NCBI GenBank assembly: GCA_035708305.1
Contig: DASSSU010000020.1
Span: 8,481 to 72,480, forward strand
Direction: 5' to 3'
DNA: 64,000 nt
Origin: Minisyncoccota bacterium
Lineage (GTDB): Bacteria; Patescibacteriota; Minisyncoccia; Phycocordibacterales; DASSSU01
Part shown: one piece after another, positions 55,820-64,000 of the stretch
Layout of the letters: each line of letters starts with the position of its first letter
Position numbering within the stretch: position 1 is the first letter of the stretch
Translations under genes and position numbers: made by a program
Notes under the pieces: model-generated
Database searches by the model: none
What the model was told of the DNA's origin: nothing
Seen by the model: the letters and a program-made list of their open reading frames with translations, nothing else

Positions 55820-57025
55820 TTATTGATACTGAATGTAAATCGGCTTTGGCTCCAAGTTCAGAACTTCTTCCGGCGTCATCATGCCCGTGCTCGGCGGCCG
55901 CAAGTCGTTCTTGTAAAACAGCTTAAACCCGGTGAACTGAACCGGCTCGGAATAGATCACGCGCTGATACGTGTTTTTCTTTTTTGCGGGCGAACCCCAG
56001 CCGTCCATATCCATGACAATCTGCACTTCTGGAAGCGGCTTGATGTCTTCTGCGTCGGTTACCATGGCCGGAGTGAAGCGATGCACCACGAGGATTTTTG
56101 GCGGGAGGTTGTTTTCCTGCACGAGCTTTGCCAAGTACTCTGCCGCGCGATTCACGTCAGCAGCATCAACCGTGCCGATGTATTCCCCGGGCTTGTGGCC
56201 ATATTTCATCCGAAACTCCGGATCAATGGCCAGATGCACTTTCGGCATTTTCAGATATGGCTCTAGGCTTTCGATCTCGGTTTGAAGGTTCGCCAGCCCC
56301 ACCTGCACATCCAAAATCACGATCCCGTTCACCTGGTTGGCCAGATCAATCGCGTGATCAATCTGGTCGTCCGGCATATGAAGGTTGTAATCCCCGTCGG
56401 GGCCGGGACTTCCCTGCGCCGTAATGGCAATGTACTCGATCGCGGGCATTACCGGCGTGTTCGGGTCTGCCGCCTCCCATTTTTGCACTTCGTTGTCGAG
56501 CTTACTGATCATCTGGTCAGCTGGGTACTCGCCCAGCACGCCCATGTTTTTGGAATAAAAATTTCCGTAATACGCCACCACGCGGTAAAACGGCAAGATC
56601 GCCCCGACGTTCGGATATACATCGTTCTCTGCCGGCCAAAGATAGTGAATCGGCTTCTCAGGAATTGAAGAAGAAGCCGTGGATGAAGCGGTAGAAGTAG
56701 CGGCAACCGGAGGAACTGGGCGGTTGGCCAATGCCAAAACCCGCGCGTCATAATCCGCTTTGTTCAAGGTCGGCTTCGGAGGGGGCGGCGGTGGGTCATT
56801 TTTTTCAGAGACGCTTCCTTCTGTTTCCGCCGTATTCGCGTTGTATTTGATAGGAAAAAGATGCGGATATCCGATTATGGCGACAAGGACCACCAGTCCT
56901 GCAAGGAGGAGCAAATGATTGAGATTGTCTTTGTTTTCCATCTCGGCAGCGCCCACCCGGCGAACTTTTTCCTGCTTTTTTTCTTTCCGTCGAAAGGCGT
57001 GTTTCATGTCCCCACATTCTAACAC
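55820..57025 (-). CDS. Hypothetical membrane-anchored extracytoplasmic protein (Pro-rich linker)
   Basis: N-terminal TM, PPPPPKPT linker, and a ~300-aa C-terminal domain with no recognised motif. Confidence 0.4.
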   Translation of the reverse strand: MLECGDMKHAFRRKEKKQEKVRRVGAAEMENKDNLNHLLLLAGLVVLVAIIGYPHLFPIKYNANTAETEGSVSEKNDPPPPPPKPTLNKADYDARVLALANRPVPPVAATSTASSTASSSIPEKPIHYLWPAENDVYPNVGAILPFYRVVAYYGNFYSKNMGVLGEYPADQMISKLDNEVQKWEAADPNTPVMPAIEYIAITAQGSPGPDGDYNLHMPDDQIDHAIDLANQVNGIVILDVQVGLANLQTEIESLEPYLKMPKVHLAIDPEFRMKYGHKPGEYIGTVDAADVNRAAEYLAKLVQENNLPPKILVVHRFTPAMVTDAEDIKPLPEVQIVMDMDGWGSPAKKKNTYQRVIYSEPVQFTGFKLFYKNDLRPPSTGMMTPEEVLNLEPKPIYIQYQ

Positions 57026-57065
57026 AAAAGCCGTTTATTTATAGCCCAAATCATTTCCAGACGGT

Positions 57066-57707
57066 CTAATACTCCACGGTAATCGGAAGCGAAACAGAAG
57101 CGTCATTTTGTGGGAGTCCTGAGGGATTGTCTTTTTTGAGAACGAGTGTGGCGGGGCCGATGTAAGAGTCCGGCGCTTTGAGATCCACTTCAAACGGCAC
57201 GAAATTTTCCGTCATCCATTCTCCTTGCGCTTGTACCACACCACTCACGAGGGTTTTGCCATTCTTATCCAAGAGTGTCACCGGAAATGATCCTTCAAAA
57301 TACCACCCGCCGCGCGCCTGTCCTTTCACTTTGAAATCCTTTCCTACCACCGCACCGGGAGACGGAAGCGCCACCGTGATCATGTCTGCCGTGGCGTTTT
57401 GATACGTCGCTTTTTCTGGAATTTCTTCAGCATACCGTCTTCCATCCGGAGTGGTGCATTGCCGTGGCGGACCGGGAACCACCGGGTACCCGGCAGCAAC
57501 ACAATCCGCAAGCGATGCCACTGACGCTCCATGGGTAGTAGTTTCATTTGAACTTGTAGCAGAAGATGCCGATGATGAAGCCGGAGATGAAGATGCATAT
57601 TTTCCATTTTGCCCGGCTTTCGGGAAACCGTAAAAAAACACCGCCCAGATTACCAGAGCGACAATCACCAAAACCGCACCAAAAACGACAACAAGACGTG
57701 TTTTCAT
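57066..57707 (-). CDS. Secreted hypothetical protein with Ser-rich linker
   Basis: Signal/TM, SSPASSSASSATSS linker, ~130-aa C-terminal domain. Confidence 0.4.
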   Translation of the reverse strand: MKTRLVVVFGAVLVIVALVIWAVFFYGFPKAGQNGKYASSSPASSSASSATSSNETTTHGASVASLADCVAAGYPVVPGPPRQCTTPDGRRYAEEIPEKATYQNATADMITVALPSPGAVVGKDFKVKGQARGGWYFEGSFPVTLLDKNGKTLVSGVVQAQGEWMTENFVPFEVDLKAPDSYIGPATLVLKKDNPSGLPQNDASVSLPITVEY

Positions 57708-57783
57708 AGTGAGACATTATATCATACTTGCATTTTTAAATTTCCTTCATTCAACTTGTCGTCGTTTTCGCATTTTGAATTTC

Positions 57784-57812
57784 AAAAACAAAAAAGGCGG
57801 CCGAAGCCGCCC
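57784..57812 (-). terminator. Rho-independent terminator after the 57818..58297 gene
   Basis: ggcggc-cgaa-gccgcc hairpin, then on the minus strand tttttgtttttg. Confidence 0.6.
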
Positions 57813-57817
57813 TGGAT

Positions 57818-58297
57818 TCACACGAAAGTGTATTTTGGTTTGTATTGCTGAGAATGAATCTTTTTAGATTTTTCAGAAAACCGTGAGCAACGGCATACCT
57901 GAAGATTCTTCGTTTTCAAAGGTTTCGGTATTTTTGCCGATGCAAGGCACTTAAGACATTTGAAACAAAAGTTATCTCCCGCAGAAAGTTTTTCTAAAAC
58001 AGATACTTTTCTATGAAGAGTCTTCTGCCAACGGGATCGAGAAATTGTCGGCTGAAGAGACAGTATTTTTTCCTCGGTAGTGATTTTCTGTACATATGTC
58101 CGAAGCGGTTCCCACTTCTTTTCTCTCCAAAAACCCGTTGCAATCACAATTTGGAGACATTTCGTTGGAAAAAATTTTATGAACGCGTGTTCATTGTCTC
58201 TCAGCATGAAATGTTCATATCCACGCTGCTCACAAAGATTCTGCAATTCACGAAAAGTAATTTCCGTATAATCAGCCGGCATTTTGGTTCCTCTCAA
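57818..58297 (-). CDS. Hypothetical Cys-rich protein (possible zinc ribbon), 159 aa
   Basis: C-terminal CFKCLKCLA...CRC cysteine cluster. Sits in a lower-density region. Confidence 0.3.
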   Translation of the reverse strand: MRGTKMPADYTEITFRELQNLCEQRGYEHFMLRDNEHAFIKFFPTKCLQIVIATGFWREKKWEPLRTYVQKITTEEKILSLQPTISRSRWQKTLHRKVSVLEKLSAGDNFCFKCLKCLASAKIPKPLKTKNLQVCRCSRFSEKSKKIHSQQYKPKYTFV

Positions 58298-58378
58298 AAG
58301 GAAAACAACTTGATCCCATCAGAACTTATGCTTTTCTTTTCTCTTTGTCAATAACTTTCAATTCTGAAAAATCCAGAA

Positions 58379-59212
58379 TTATCGTTTCAAAAACGCCAGT
58401 GCACCGTAGAGTCCGCCGAAGTCGTCAAGCTCCGCGTGCTTGATTTCTGGAAGTGTTGGATAAATATGCATGATCTTTTTCAGATGCTTCTCTACATCCG
58501 GAATATGAATTCCCACTTCTTTCATCATAGAACCACCGAGTACCAGCACGTGCGGCGACCAGTGTAAGATGGTGTTGTTCAAACCGCACGCGAGAAAACC
58601 CGCGAGCTTGTCCCAGTACGCTTCATCGTGTATTTCAAACGGCTTCTTGCCCGTTTGCTTTTCGACCGCCCGGCCAGAAATGAAGTCGATCAGGTAGCCG
58701 CTTTTGTTTTCCTCCGGAGAGAGCGTACCATCCGCATCAATCACCTGCCATCCCGGCTCAAAGCCATACACGCGATCGTCGATTTCGCCGTTTACAATTC
58801 GTGCACCTCCTACGCCGGTAGAAACCGTCATGTACACCACGATCTCATGCCCCCGCCCTGCGCCGTACACCGCCTCGCCGAGTCCGACCAACGCCGCGTC
58901 GTTCACCGTTTGGGCCGGTGCTTCCAGTGCATCCTCCAGAGCTTTTCGGATCAAAATGTTTTCTCCCCACTCCGGAATTGATGGCATACGGAAAAGTGTC
59001 GAACGGTCTTCCATAAATGGCCCCGCTGCATCCCCCGCTGCACGTTGGATTTTTTCTCCTTCCGCAATCAAAAGCGCCGCATCCCGAAACTTCCCCACAA
59101 ACTCGGAAAAATTTTTCGGCGTTTCAAAAACCACCGGCGTACTAAACGTATCCAAATTTCTCGATCCGGCAATGCGGGTTTTGGTTCCTCCGATATCAAA
59201 GACGATGTGCAT
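58379..59212 (-). CDS. ROK-family sugar kinase (glucokinase-like)
   Basis: MHIVFDIGGTKTRIAG N-terminal phosphate-1 motif and ASKHA-fold layout. 277 aa. Confidence 0.6.
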   Translation of the reverse strand: MHIVFDIGGTKTRIAGSRNLDTFSTPVVFETPKNFSEFVGKFRDAALLIAEGEKIQRAAGDAAGPFMEDRSTLFRMPSIPEWGENILIRKALEDALEAPAQTVNDAALVGLGEAVYGAGRGHEIVVYMTVSTGVGGARIVNGEIDDRVYGFEPGWQVIDADGTLSPEENKSGYLIDFISGRAVEKQTGKKPFEIHDEAYWDKLAGFLACGLNNTILHWSPHVLVLGGSMMKEVGIHIPDVEKHLKKIMHIYPTLPEIKHAELDDFGGLYGALAFLKR

Positions 59213-59231
59213 GTTTTTGCAACTTTAAACT

Positions 59232-60146
59232 TTACGGTCTTGCTTTTCCGGCGGAGTTGAACGCGGCAAGCTTGCTTTCCACCACTTCCTGCACCACGCC
59301 CACCACGTATTTGTCGATCAGTTTCGAAACAGAATATTCATCAGGGTGATCCGCCAAGGCTTTTTCAAGCGCCTTTCGGTACGCAATCCGCATATCGGAA
59401 TTGATATTGATCTTTGTCACGCCAATACGCACCGCATCTTCAAAGTAGTGCCCTGGCGTATCGCTCCCGCCGTGAAGGCTGATGTTGCAGGGAATGGTAT
59501 TTCGAATCTTCTCCAAAAGCTCGAGATCCAGCTGCTTGGGTACCGGATACTTTCCATGCAGATTTCCTACAGCAGCTGCAAAGGTGTCTATTCCTGTTGC
59601 CTCCACAAAAGCCCGCGCCCCTTCGGGAGTGCTGAACGTTTTTTTGATTTCTTCGTAGTCAATCGTTTCGGTGTGGAGGTTGGAACTTCCGCTGAAATAG
59701 TGCGGCTCGGACTCCACCAGAGCGCCGGTTTTTTTGGCATATTCCACCACTTCTTTGGTTGCTGCAATGATTTCCTCATCCGTCGCATCGTGATTTGCCT
59801 GCGAAACATCGATATGGATAAACTCAAAACCCGCGTCAATGCCTTTCTTCGCCGCTTCCACGCTTGGTGAATGATCCAGGTTTACGTACATCTCAAGGCC
59901 ATACTCAGCTTTGAAGTTGTCTACCATGTCCCGCACATTCTGAAGACCTAAAACATCCACTTCCCCCTGACTCACCTCCACCAAAACCGGTGCATTTTTT
60001 GCGGCAGCGACGCGCGACACAGCTTTGAGCGTCGCTTCGTCATCGAGATTGAAAGCGCCAAACGCGTAGTGCTCCGTCCGCGCTCGCGACATGCTTTCTC
60101 TTGCTTTCGCACAATTTGCCTGCATTTGGTCGAGTGTTAATTCCAT
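59232..60146 (-). CDS. fba: Class II fructose/tagatose-bisphosphate aldolase
   Basis: GAFNLDD, VNLDHS, IHIDVS and ISLHGGSD blocks match PF01116. 304 aa. Confidence 0.85.
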   Translation of the reverse strand: MELTLDQMQANCAKARESMSRARTEHYAFGAFNLDDEATLKAVSRVAAAKNAPVLVEVSQGEVDVLGLQNVRDMVDNFKAEYGLEMYVNLDHSPSVEAAKKGIDAGFEFIHIDVSQANHDATDEEIIAATKEVVEYAKKTGALVESEPHYFSGSSNLHTETIDYEEIKKTFSTPEGARAFVEATGIDTFAAAVGNLHGKYPVPKQLDLELLEKIRNTIPCNISLHGGSDTPGHYFEDAVRIGVTKININSDMRIAYRKALEKALADHPDEYSVSKLIDKYVVGVVQEVVESKLAAFNSAGKARP

Positions 60147-60254
60147 GATTTCAGATTGAAAAATTCAGATTTGAAAAATTAAAAATTGTTTCCTTCCTTT
60201 TCTTCTCTTCCCTTCTTTTATTTCCAGCTTTTTGACTGTTCTCACACCTCCAAA

Positions 60255-60887
60255 CTACATCACATAAATCCGCAGACGAGCCGCAACCGCTTTCTGGGCG
60301 TGGTCCCGCGTCTTTGCTTCCGCAAGTGCCTGAGCGCAATCACCGTCGCAAAGCACTTCTTCCACCCATTTTGCAAAATCATTGCTCTCGCCTTCCGCGT
60401 GGTAGGCATACTGATCATCAGAAATAGCACCAAGTGCATCATGGAGATCGCGAAGGTTTTTTAAAATCGGGCCGTCATTTACCCAAAAAGCGGCATCGTC
60501 GGCAGCGTAGACCAGAGTAAGCTTTTGCGGTTCTTTCTTTTCTTTTCCGGCTACTCCGCTCTCTCTGTTCGTGTCATGCTTTTCTTTGTCACTCGCCCGT
60601 TTGACCTTGAGCCAAACTTTCGCCCCGCCTTTCTTCTCCCTCACTTCTGATTTTTCGTTTTTCTCAGATTTTTGTGTTCCGGAAATTTTTACCGGAAGTT
60701 TTTTGACGGTTTTTGCAGATCGCACAGAAACTTTTCTGGAAGGAAGAACCCCTCCCGCGGCTTTTTTCACGCGAGAAACGGTTTTTGGAGCACTTTTTGA
60801 AACGGCACGCGAATCCGCTGCCGGTGTTTTGGTTTTTTTCGTTGGCATAATCTTAAGTTTAAACATAGCACAAGAAAAATGAGCCAC
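60255..60887 (-). CDS. Hypothetical protein with lysine-rich (histone H1-like) N-terminal region and C-terminal globular domain
   Basis: PTKKTKTPAADSRAVSKSAPKTVSRVKKAAGG... low-complexity basic tail, then ~90 aa unknown. Confidence 0.4.
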   Translation of the reverse strand: MAHFSCAMFKLKIMPTKKTKTPAADSRAVSKSAPKTVSRVKKAAGGVLPSRKVSVRSAKTVKKLPVKISGTQKSEKNEKSEVREKKGGAKVWLKVKRASDKEKHDTNRESGVAGKEKKEPQKLTLVYAADDAAFWVNDGPILKNLRDLHDALGAISDDQYAYHAEGESNDFAKWVEEVLCDGDCAQALAEAKTRDHAQKAVAARLRIYVM

Positions 60888-60994
60888 GCCCTGATGTTTT
60901 CATTATACTCTCTCCGGCTTTTTTTCGAAACTGGATATCCACGCAAACTTTCCGCCCATTTTCTTTTCTGTTTTTTTGCGCTAGTATACAAAGC

Positions 60995-62749
60995 ATGAAA
61001 GATCCAGAAAAAGAAGCCCGGCTAAGCCATATTCGTCATTCCTTGGCGCACCTTTTGGCCATTACCGCGAAAGACTACGACCCGGAAGCGCGCCTCACGA
61101 TCGGACCCCCCACCCGAAACGGTTTTTATTACGATATTGAATTCCAAAAAGAAGCGCCGTCGAAAAAGGATTTGAAAAACTTTGAGAAAAAAATGCGCTC
61201 GCTGATCCGCGAAGGACTCGGCTTCAAGAGAGAAGAAGTCTCCGAAGAAAAGGCACGTGACTTTTTCGGGAAGAATCCCTACAAACTCGAGATCATTAAC
61301 GGCATTGTCGCAGAAAAGCAGCCGATTTCTTTCTACCACACGGGCAACTTCACCGACCTCTGCCGCGGCGGACATGTGGAAAGCACCGCGGAAATCAGCC
61401 CGGAAGCGTTCAAACTCACCGACATTTCCGGCGCATACTGGCGCGGGGACGAGAAAAACCCGATGCTCACCCGTATTTCCGGGATTGCGTTTGAAAGCAA
61501 AGAAGAGCTTGAGGATTTCCTCACACTCCAAGAAGAAGCAAAAAAGCGCGACCACCGCAAACTCGGCAAAGAGCTCGATCTCTTCACTTTCTCCGATCTC
61601 GTCGGTCCCGGACTTCCCCTTTTCACCCCCAAGGGCACGGCCATGCGGGAAGCGATCGTGGAAAAAATCCAGAGTATTCAAAAGCCGCTCGGATATCAAA
61701 ACGTCTGCATTCCCCACATCACAAAAAACGACCTCTACAAAAAATCCGGCCACTGGGAAAAGTTTGGCGATGAACTTTTCAAAGTAAAAGGCGGAAGCAG
61801 TAACACGGAGTTTGTGATGAAGCCGATGAACTGCCCGCATCACACGCAGATTTACGCCAGCTCACCAAAGAGCTACCGCGATCTTCCCGTGCGATACGCT
61901 GAAATCACCATGGTCTACCGCGACGAACAAGCCGGTGAACTCCTCGGACTCTCCCGCGTGCGCTCGATCACTCAGGATGACGCGCATATTTTCTGCACCG
62001 AAGACCAGATCGAAGACGAGATCAAAAAAATCATTTCTGTCGCCAAAGACTTTTATACTTCCCTCGAACTCTGGAGTGAAGAAAGCGTGTTTCTTTCCGT
62101 TTCGGTACGCGATCCGAAAACTCCTGAAAAATATCTGGGGGATGAAAAAACTTGGGATCAGGCCGAAATGATCCTTGAAAACCTCGCCGAGAAAACCGGA
62201 ATTCCATGGGAAAAAGTCGAAGGTGAAGCCGCCTTTTACGGTCCAAAGCTGGACTTCATGCTGAAAGACGCGCTCGGTCGGGATTGGCAGCTTGCCACCA
62301 TCCAGCTCGATTTCGTCCAGCCGGTTCGCTTCGGACTTGAGTACACCGCTTCCGACGGCACCAAAAAAACACCGGTCATGATCCACCGTGCGATTGCCGG
62401 ATCGCTTGAACGATTTCTTTCCGTGATCATTGAGCATTTCGCCGGAGCATTTCCTTTCTGGCTCGCGCCGGTGCAAGCTGCCGTCCTTCCCATTTCTGGA
62501 GAGCAAAACGAGTACGCGGAAAAAGTCGCGGAAGAACTCAGGGTAAAAAACATCCGCATAGAATCCTGGACCGGAAATGATTCCCTCGGCAAAAAAATAC
62601 GCGAAGGCAAAAAGCAAAAAATCCCCTACCTGCTCGTGGTAGGAAACAAAGAAAAAGATTCCGAAACCGTTTCCGTCGAAAGCCGCGATAACGGCGCGCT
62701 TGGAAATCAGACGATTGAAGAATTTCTTAAGGCCATGACAGAGAAATAA
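60995..62749 (+). CDS. thrS: Threonyl-tRNA synthetase (short form lacking the N-terminal TGS domain)
   Basis: HIRHSLAHLLA (HxxxH of the second additional domain), KPMNCPHHTQIY class II motif region, and the C-terminal anticodon-binding domain. 584 aa. Confidence 0.9.
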   Translation: MKDPEKEARLSHIRHSLAHLLAITAKDYDPEARLTIGPPTRNGFYYDIEFQKEAPSKKDLKNFEKKMRSLIREGLGFKREEVSEEKARDFFGKNPYKLEIINGIVAEKQPISFYHTGNFTDLCRGGHVESTAEISPEAFKLTDISGAYWRGDEKNPMLTRISGIAFESKEELEDFLTLQEEAKKRDHRKLGKELDLFTFSDLVGPGLPLFTPKGTAMREAIVEKIQSIQKPLGYQNVCIPHITKNDLYKKSGHWEKFGDELFKVKGGSSNTEFVMKPMNCPHHTQIYASSPKSYRDLPVRYAEITMVYRDEQAGELLGLSRVRSITQDDAHIFCTEDQIEDEIKKIISVAKDFYTSLELWSEESVFLSVSVRDPKTPEKYLGDEKTWDQAEMILENLAEKTGIPWEKVEGEAAFYGPKLDFMLKDALGRDWQLATIQLDFVQPVRFGLEYTASDGTKKTPVMIHRAIAGSLERFLSVIIEHFAGAFPFWLAPVQAAVLPISGEQNEYAEKVAEELRVKNIRIESWTGNDSLGKKIREGKKQKIPYLLVVGNKEKDSETVSVESRDNGALGNQTIEEFLKAMTEK

Positions 62750-62920
62750 GTTTATTAAAATGAAATTCTTGCTTAACTTCAAAAACGTATAAATTAAATT
62801 CCTACCTGAGGCCTTAAACAAATTAAAGGGGATAACGCCAATTACCCTCTTTAATTTTTAAGATGATGCGTTTATCAAGCAATTTCCGAATATCAAAGAA
62901 TATCGGTCTTTCGCCCAACC

Positions 62921-62956
62921 AACAGAAAAACCCCGCGTGATTAGTTCACGCGGGGG
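62921..62956 (-). terminator. Rho-independent terminator downstream of the 62980..63288 gene
   Basis: ccccgcgtga-ttagt-tcacgcgggg 10-bp hairpin followed on the minus strand by tttttctgtt. Confidence 0.65.
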
Positions 62957-62979
62957 TGAAGATGAAGAAGATGCAATTC

Positions 62980-63288
62980 TTATGATTGCTTAATGACCAA
63001 ATAAAGCCATCGAAAAACAGCACCCCAAAAAGCTACCATCGCCACACCGAACAGCGCTGTTGAGCTCCAGTCAAAGTCCAGATGGAACATGAGAATTATG
63101 GAGACTATGAGTAAGGCGAGTAGTGTAAAGAAGAAACCGTATTCATCAGAACTCCACTTTTTAAACTCCTCAAATACTTTCTTTTCTACCATTTCATTCT
63201 CCTCGGTCAAATGATTTTCCCTGCTTGAAAAAACAAGGCTACCCATTGTTAAAAAGCAATCCAGGAAGGAGAATAGCACGCTTTTCAA
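62980..63288 (-). CDS. Small membrane protein, hypothetical
   Basis: 102 aa with two hydrophobic helices. Confidence 0.35.
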   Translation of the reverse strand: MKSVLFSFLDCFLTMGSLVFSSRENHLTEENEMVEKKVFEEFKKWSSDEYGFFFTLLALLIVSIILMFHLDFDWSSTALFGVAMVAFWGAVFRWLYLVIKQS

Positions 63289-63436
63289 AGGTTTTCAAGA
63301 TTGCACTTCAGAGGCGAATGTTGCCCCGGTTTTTTAAACTCTTGTTTTTTCCTTTTCATGAATTTATGATACCTCACGGAGGACAAAAGCAAAAAACCTC
63401 TGTAATTTATTTTCTGTAACCGAAAAAGCGTAGCAC

Positions 63437-63961
63437 GTGGAAGGAGAACTGTTTATGGACTGCATTTTCTGCAAAATCGAAAGTGGTGAGGCGCCGGCGC
63501 ATAAAATTTGGGAAGATGAAAAGCATCTTGCCTTCCTTTCCATCTTTCCAAATACTGAAGGATTTTCCGTGGTCATCACAAAAGAGCATTATCCGTCATA
63601 CGTTTTTGATTTGCCGGATGATGTGCTGGAAGGTCTCGTTCGCGCCGCGAAGCAAACGGCGAAATTGCTTGATGAAAAGCTGAAAGACGTGGGAAGAACA
63701 GGAATGATCTTTGAGGGTTTTGGGGTTGATCATATCCATGCGAAGCTTTTCCCCATGCATGGAACCAAAATGCCGGAGTGGCAGCCGATTGAATCAAACG
63801 TCGATAAGTACTTTGAAAAATATGAGGGATATATCTCCTCTCATGATTACCGGCGAGAGAGTGATGAGAAGCTCCGGAATTGGCGAAGAAGATCGCACGA
63901 TAGACCAATAAAAAGCCTCGGCCATTTTAAGAAAAAAATCCTAGAAGCTCAACTTCTATAA
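63437..63961 (+). CDS. HIT (histidine triad) family nucleotide hydrolase
   Basis: CIFCKI N-terminal zinc-binding motif and VDHIHAKLFP histidine triad. Confidence 0.8.
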   Translation: MEGELFMDCIFCKIESGEAPAHKIWEDEKHLAFLSIFPNTEGFSVVITKEHYPSYVFDLPDDVLEGLVRAAKQTAKLLDEKLKDVGRTGMIFEGFGVDHIHAKLFPMHGTKMPEWQPIESNVDKYFEKYEGYISSHDYRRESDEKLRNWRRRSHDRPIKSLGHFKKKILEAQLL

Positions 63962-63971
63962 AAATGAAAAA

Positions 63972-64000
63972 GTAACCCCGGAGATTTAGTCTCCGGGGTT
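63972..64000 (+). terminator. Terminator hairpin after the HIT gene (T-run cut by the window end)
   Basis: aaccccggagatttagtctccggggtt hairpin. Confidence 0.5.

Noticed and set aside
1-64000. CRISPR arrays, rRNA genes, transposases/integrases, additional tRNAs
   Set aside because: No regularly spaced direct repeats, rRNA-like conserved blocks, DDE/tyrosine-recombinase motifs or further tRNA T-loop/acceptor patterns were found on reading both strands.

Overview
The window is a gene-dense, almost entirely minus-strand stretch from a small-genome bacterium. Short-form aminoacyl-tRNA synthetases (AlaRS, ThrRS), extended ribosomal proteins and a type IV pilus-like cluster suggest a Patescibacteria/CPR-like lineage; that assignment is inference. 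Part of the classical ribosomal-protein/secY region is present (rpsZ, rpsH, rplF, rplR, rpsE, rplO, secY) but is interrupted. secY ends in its own terminator, and four accessory genes lie between secY and adk-map-ndk. In a canonical spc operon rplE would precede rpsZ; here a four-gene glycan locus sits there instead, extending to secDF. The locus encodes GH8, a Wzx-like flippase fused to GT2, a PMT-like GT-C enzyme, and a double GT2. Other content: alaS, trpS, thrS, infC-rpmI-rplT, tpiA, fba, rodA/ftsW, one tRNA-Ile(GAU), a FIST/histidine-kinase/tandem-REC signalling cluster, and a pilC + four pseudopilins + PilX-like cluster. The most notable candidate is a translationally coupled radical SAM (viperin-like architecture) + thymidylate-kinase-like + NUDIX trio, which resembles prokaryotic viperin (pVip) antiviral loci. 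Two diverged copies of a ~170-bp repeat flank rpsH. Their stems differ in sequence but stay base-paired, so a structured RNA is likely. A ~125-nt candidate ncRNA with a 9-bp closing helix lies at about 50.2 kb. Several real genes are absent from or hidden in the ORF track: a partial FtsA/PilM-like gene at the left edge, rpmI, rpsZ, and a 57-aa ORF. Many plus-strand ORFs in the track are shadow ORFs opposite real genes.
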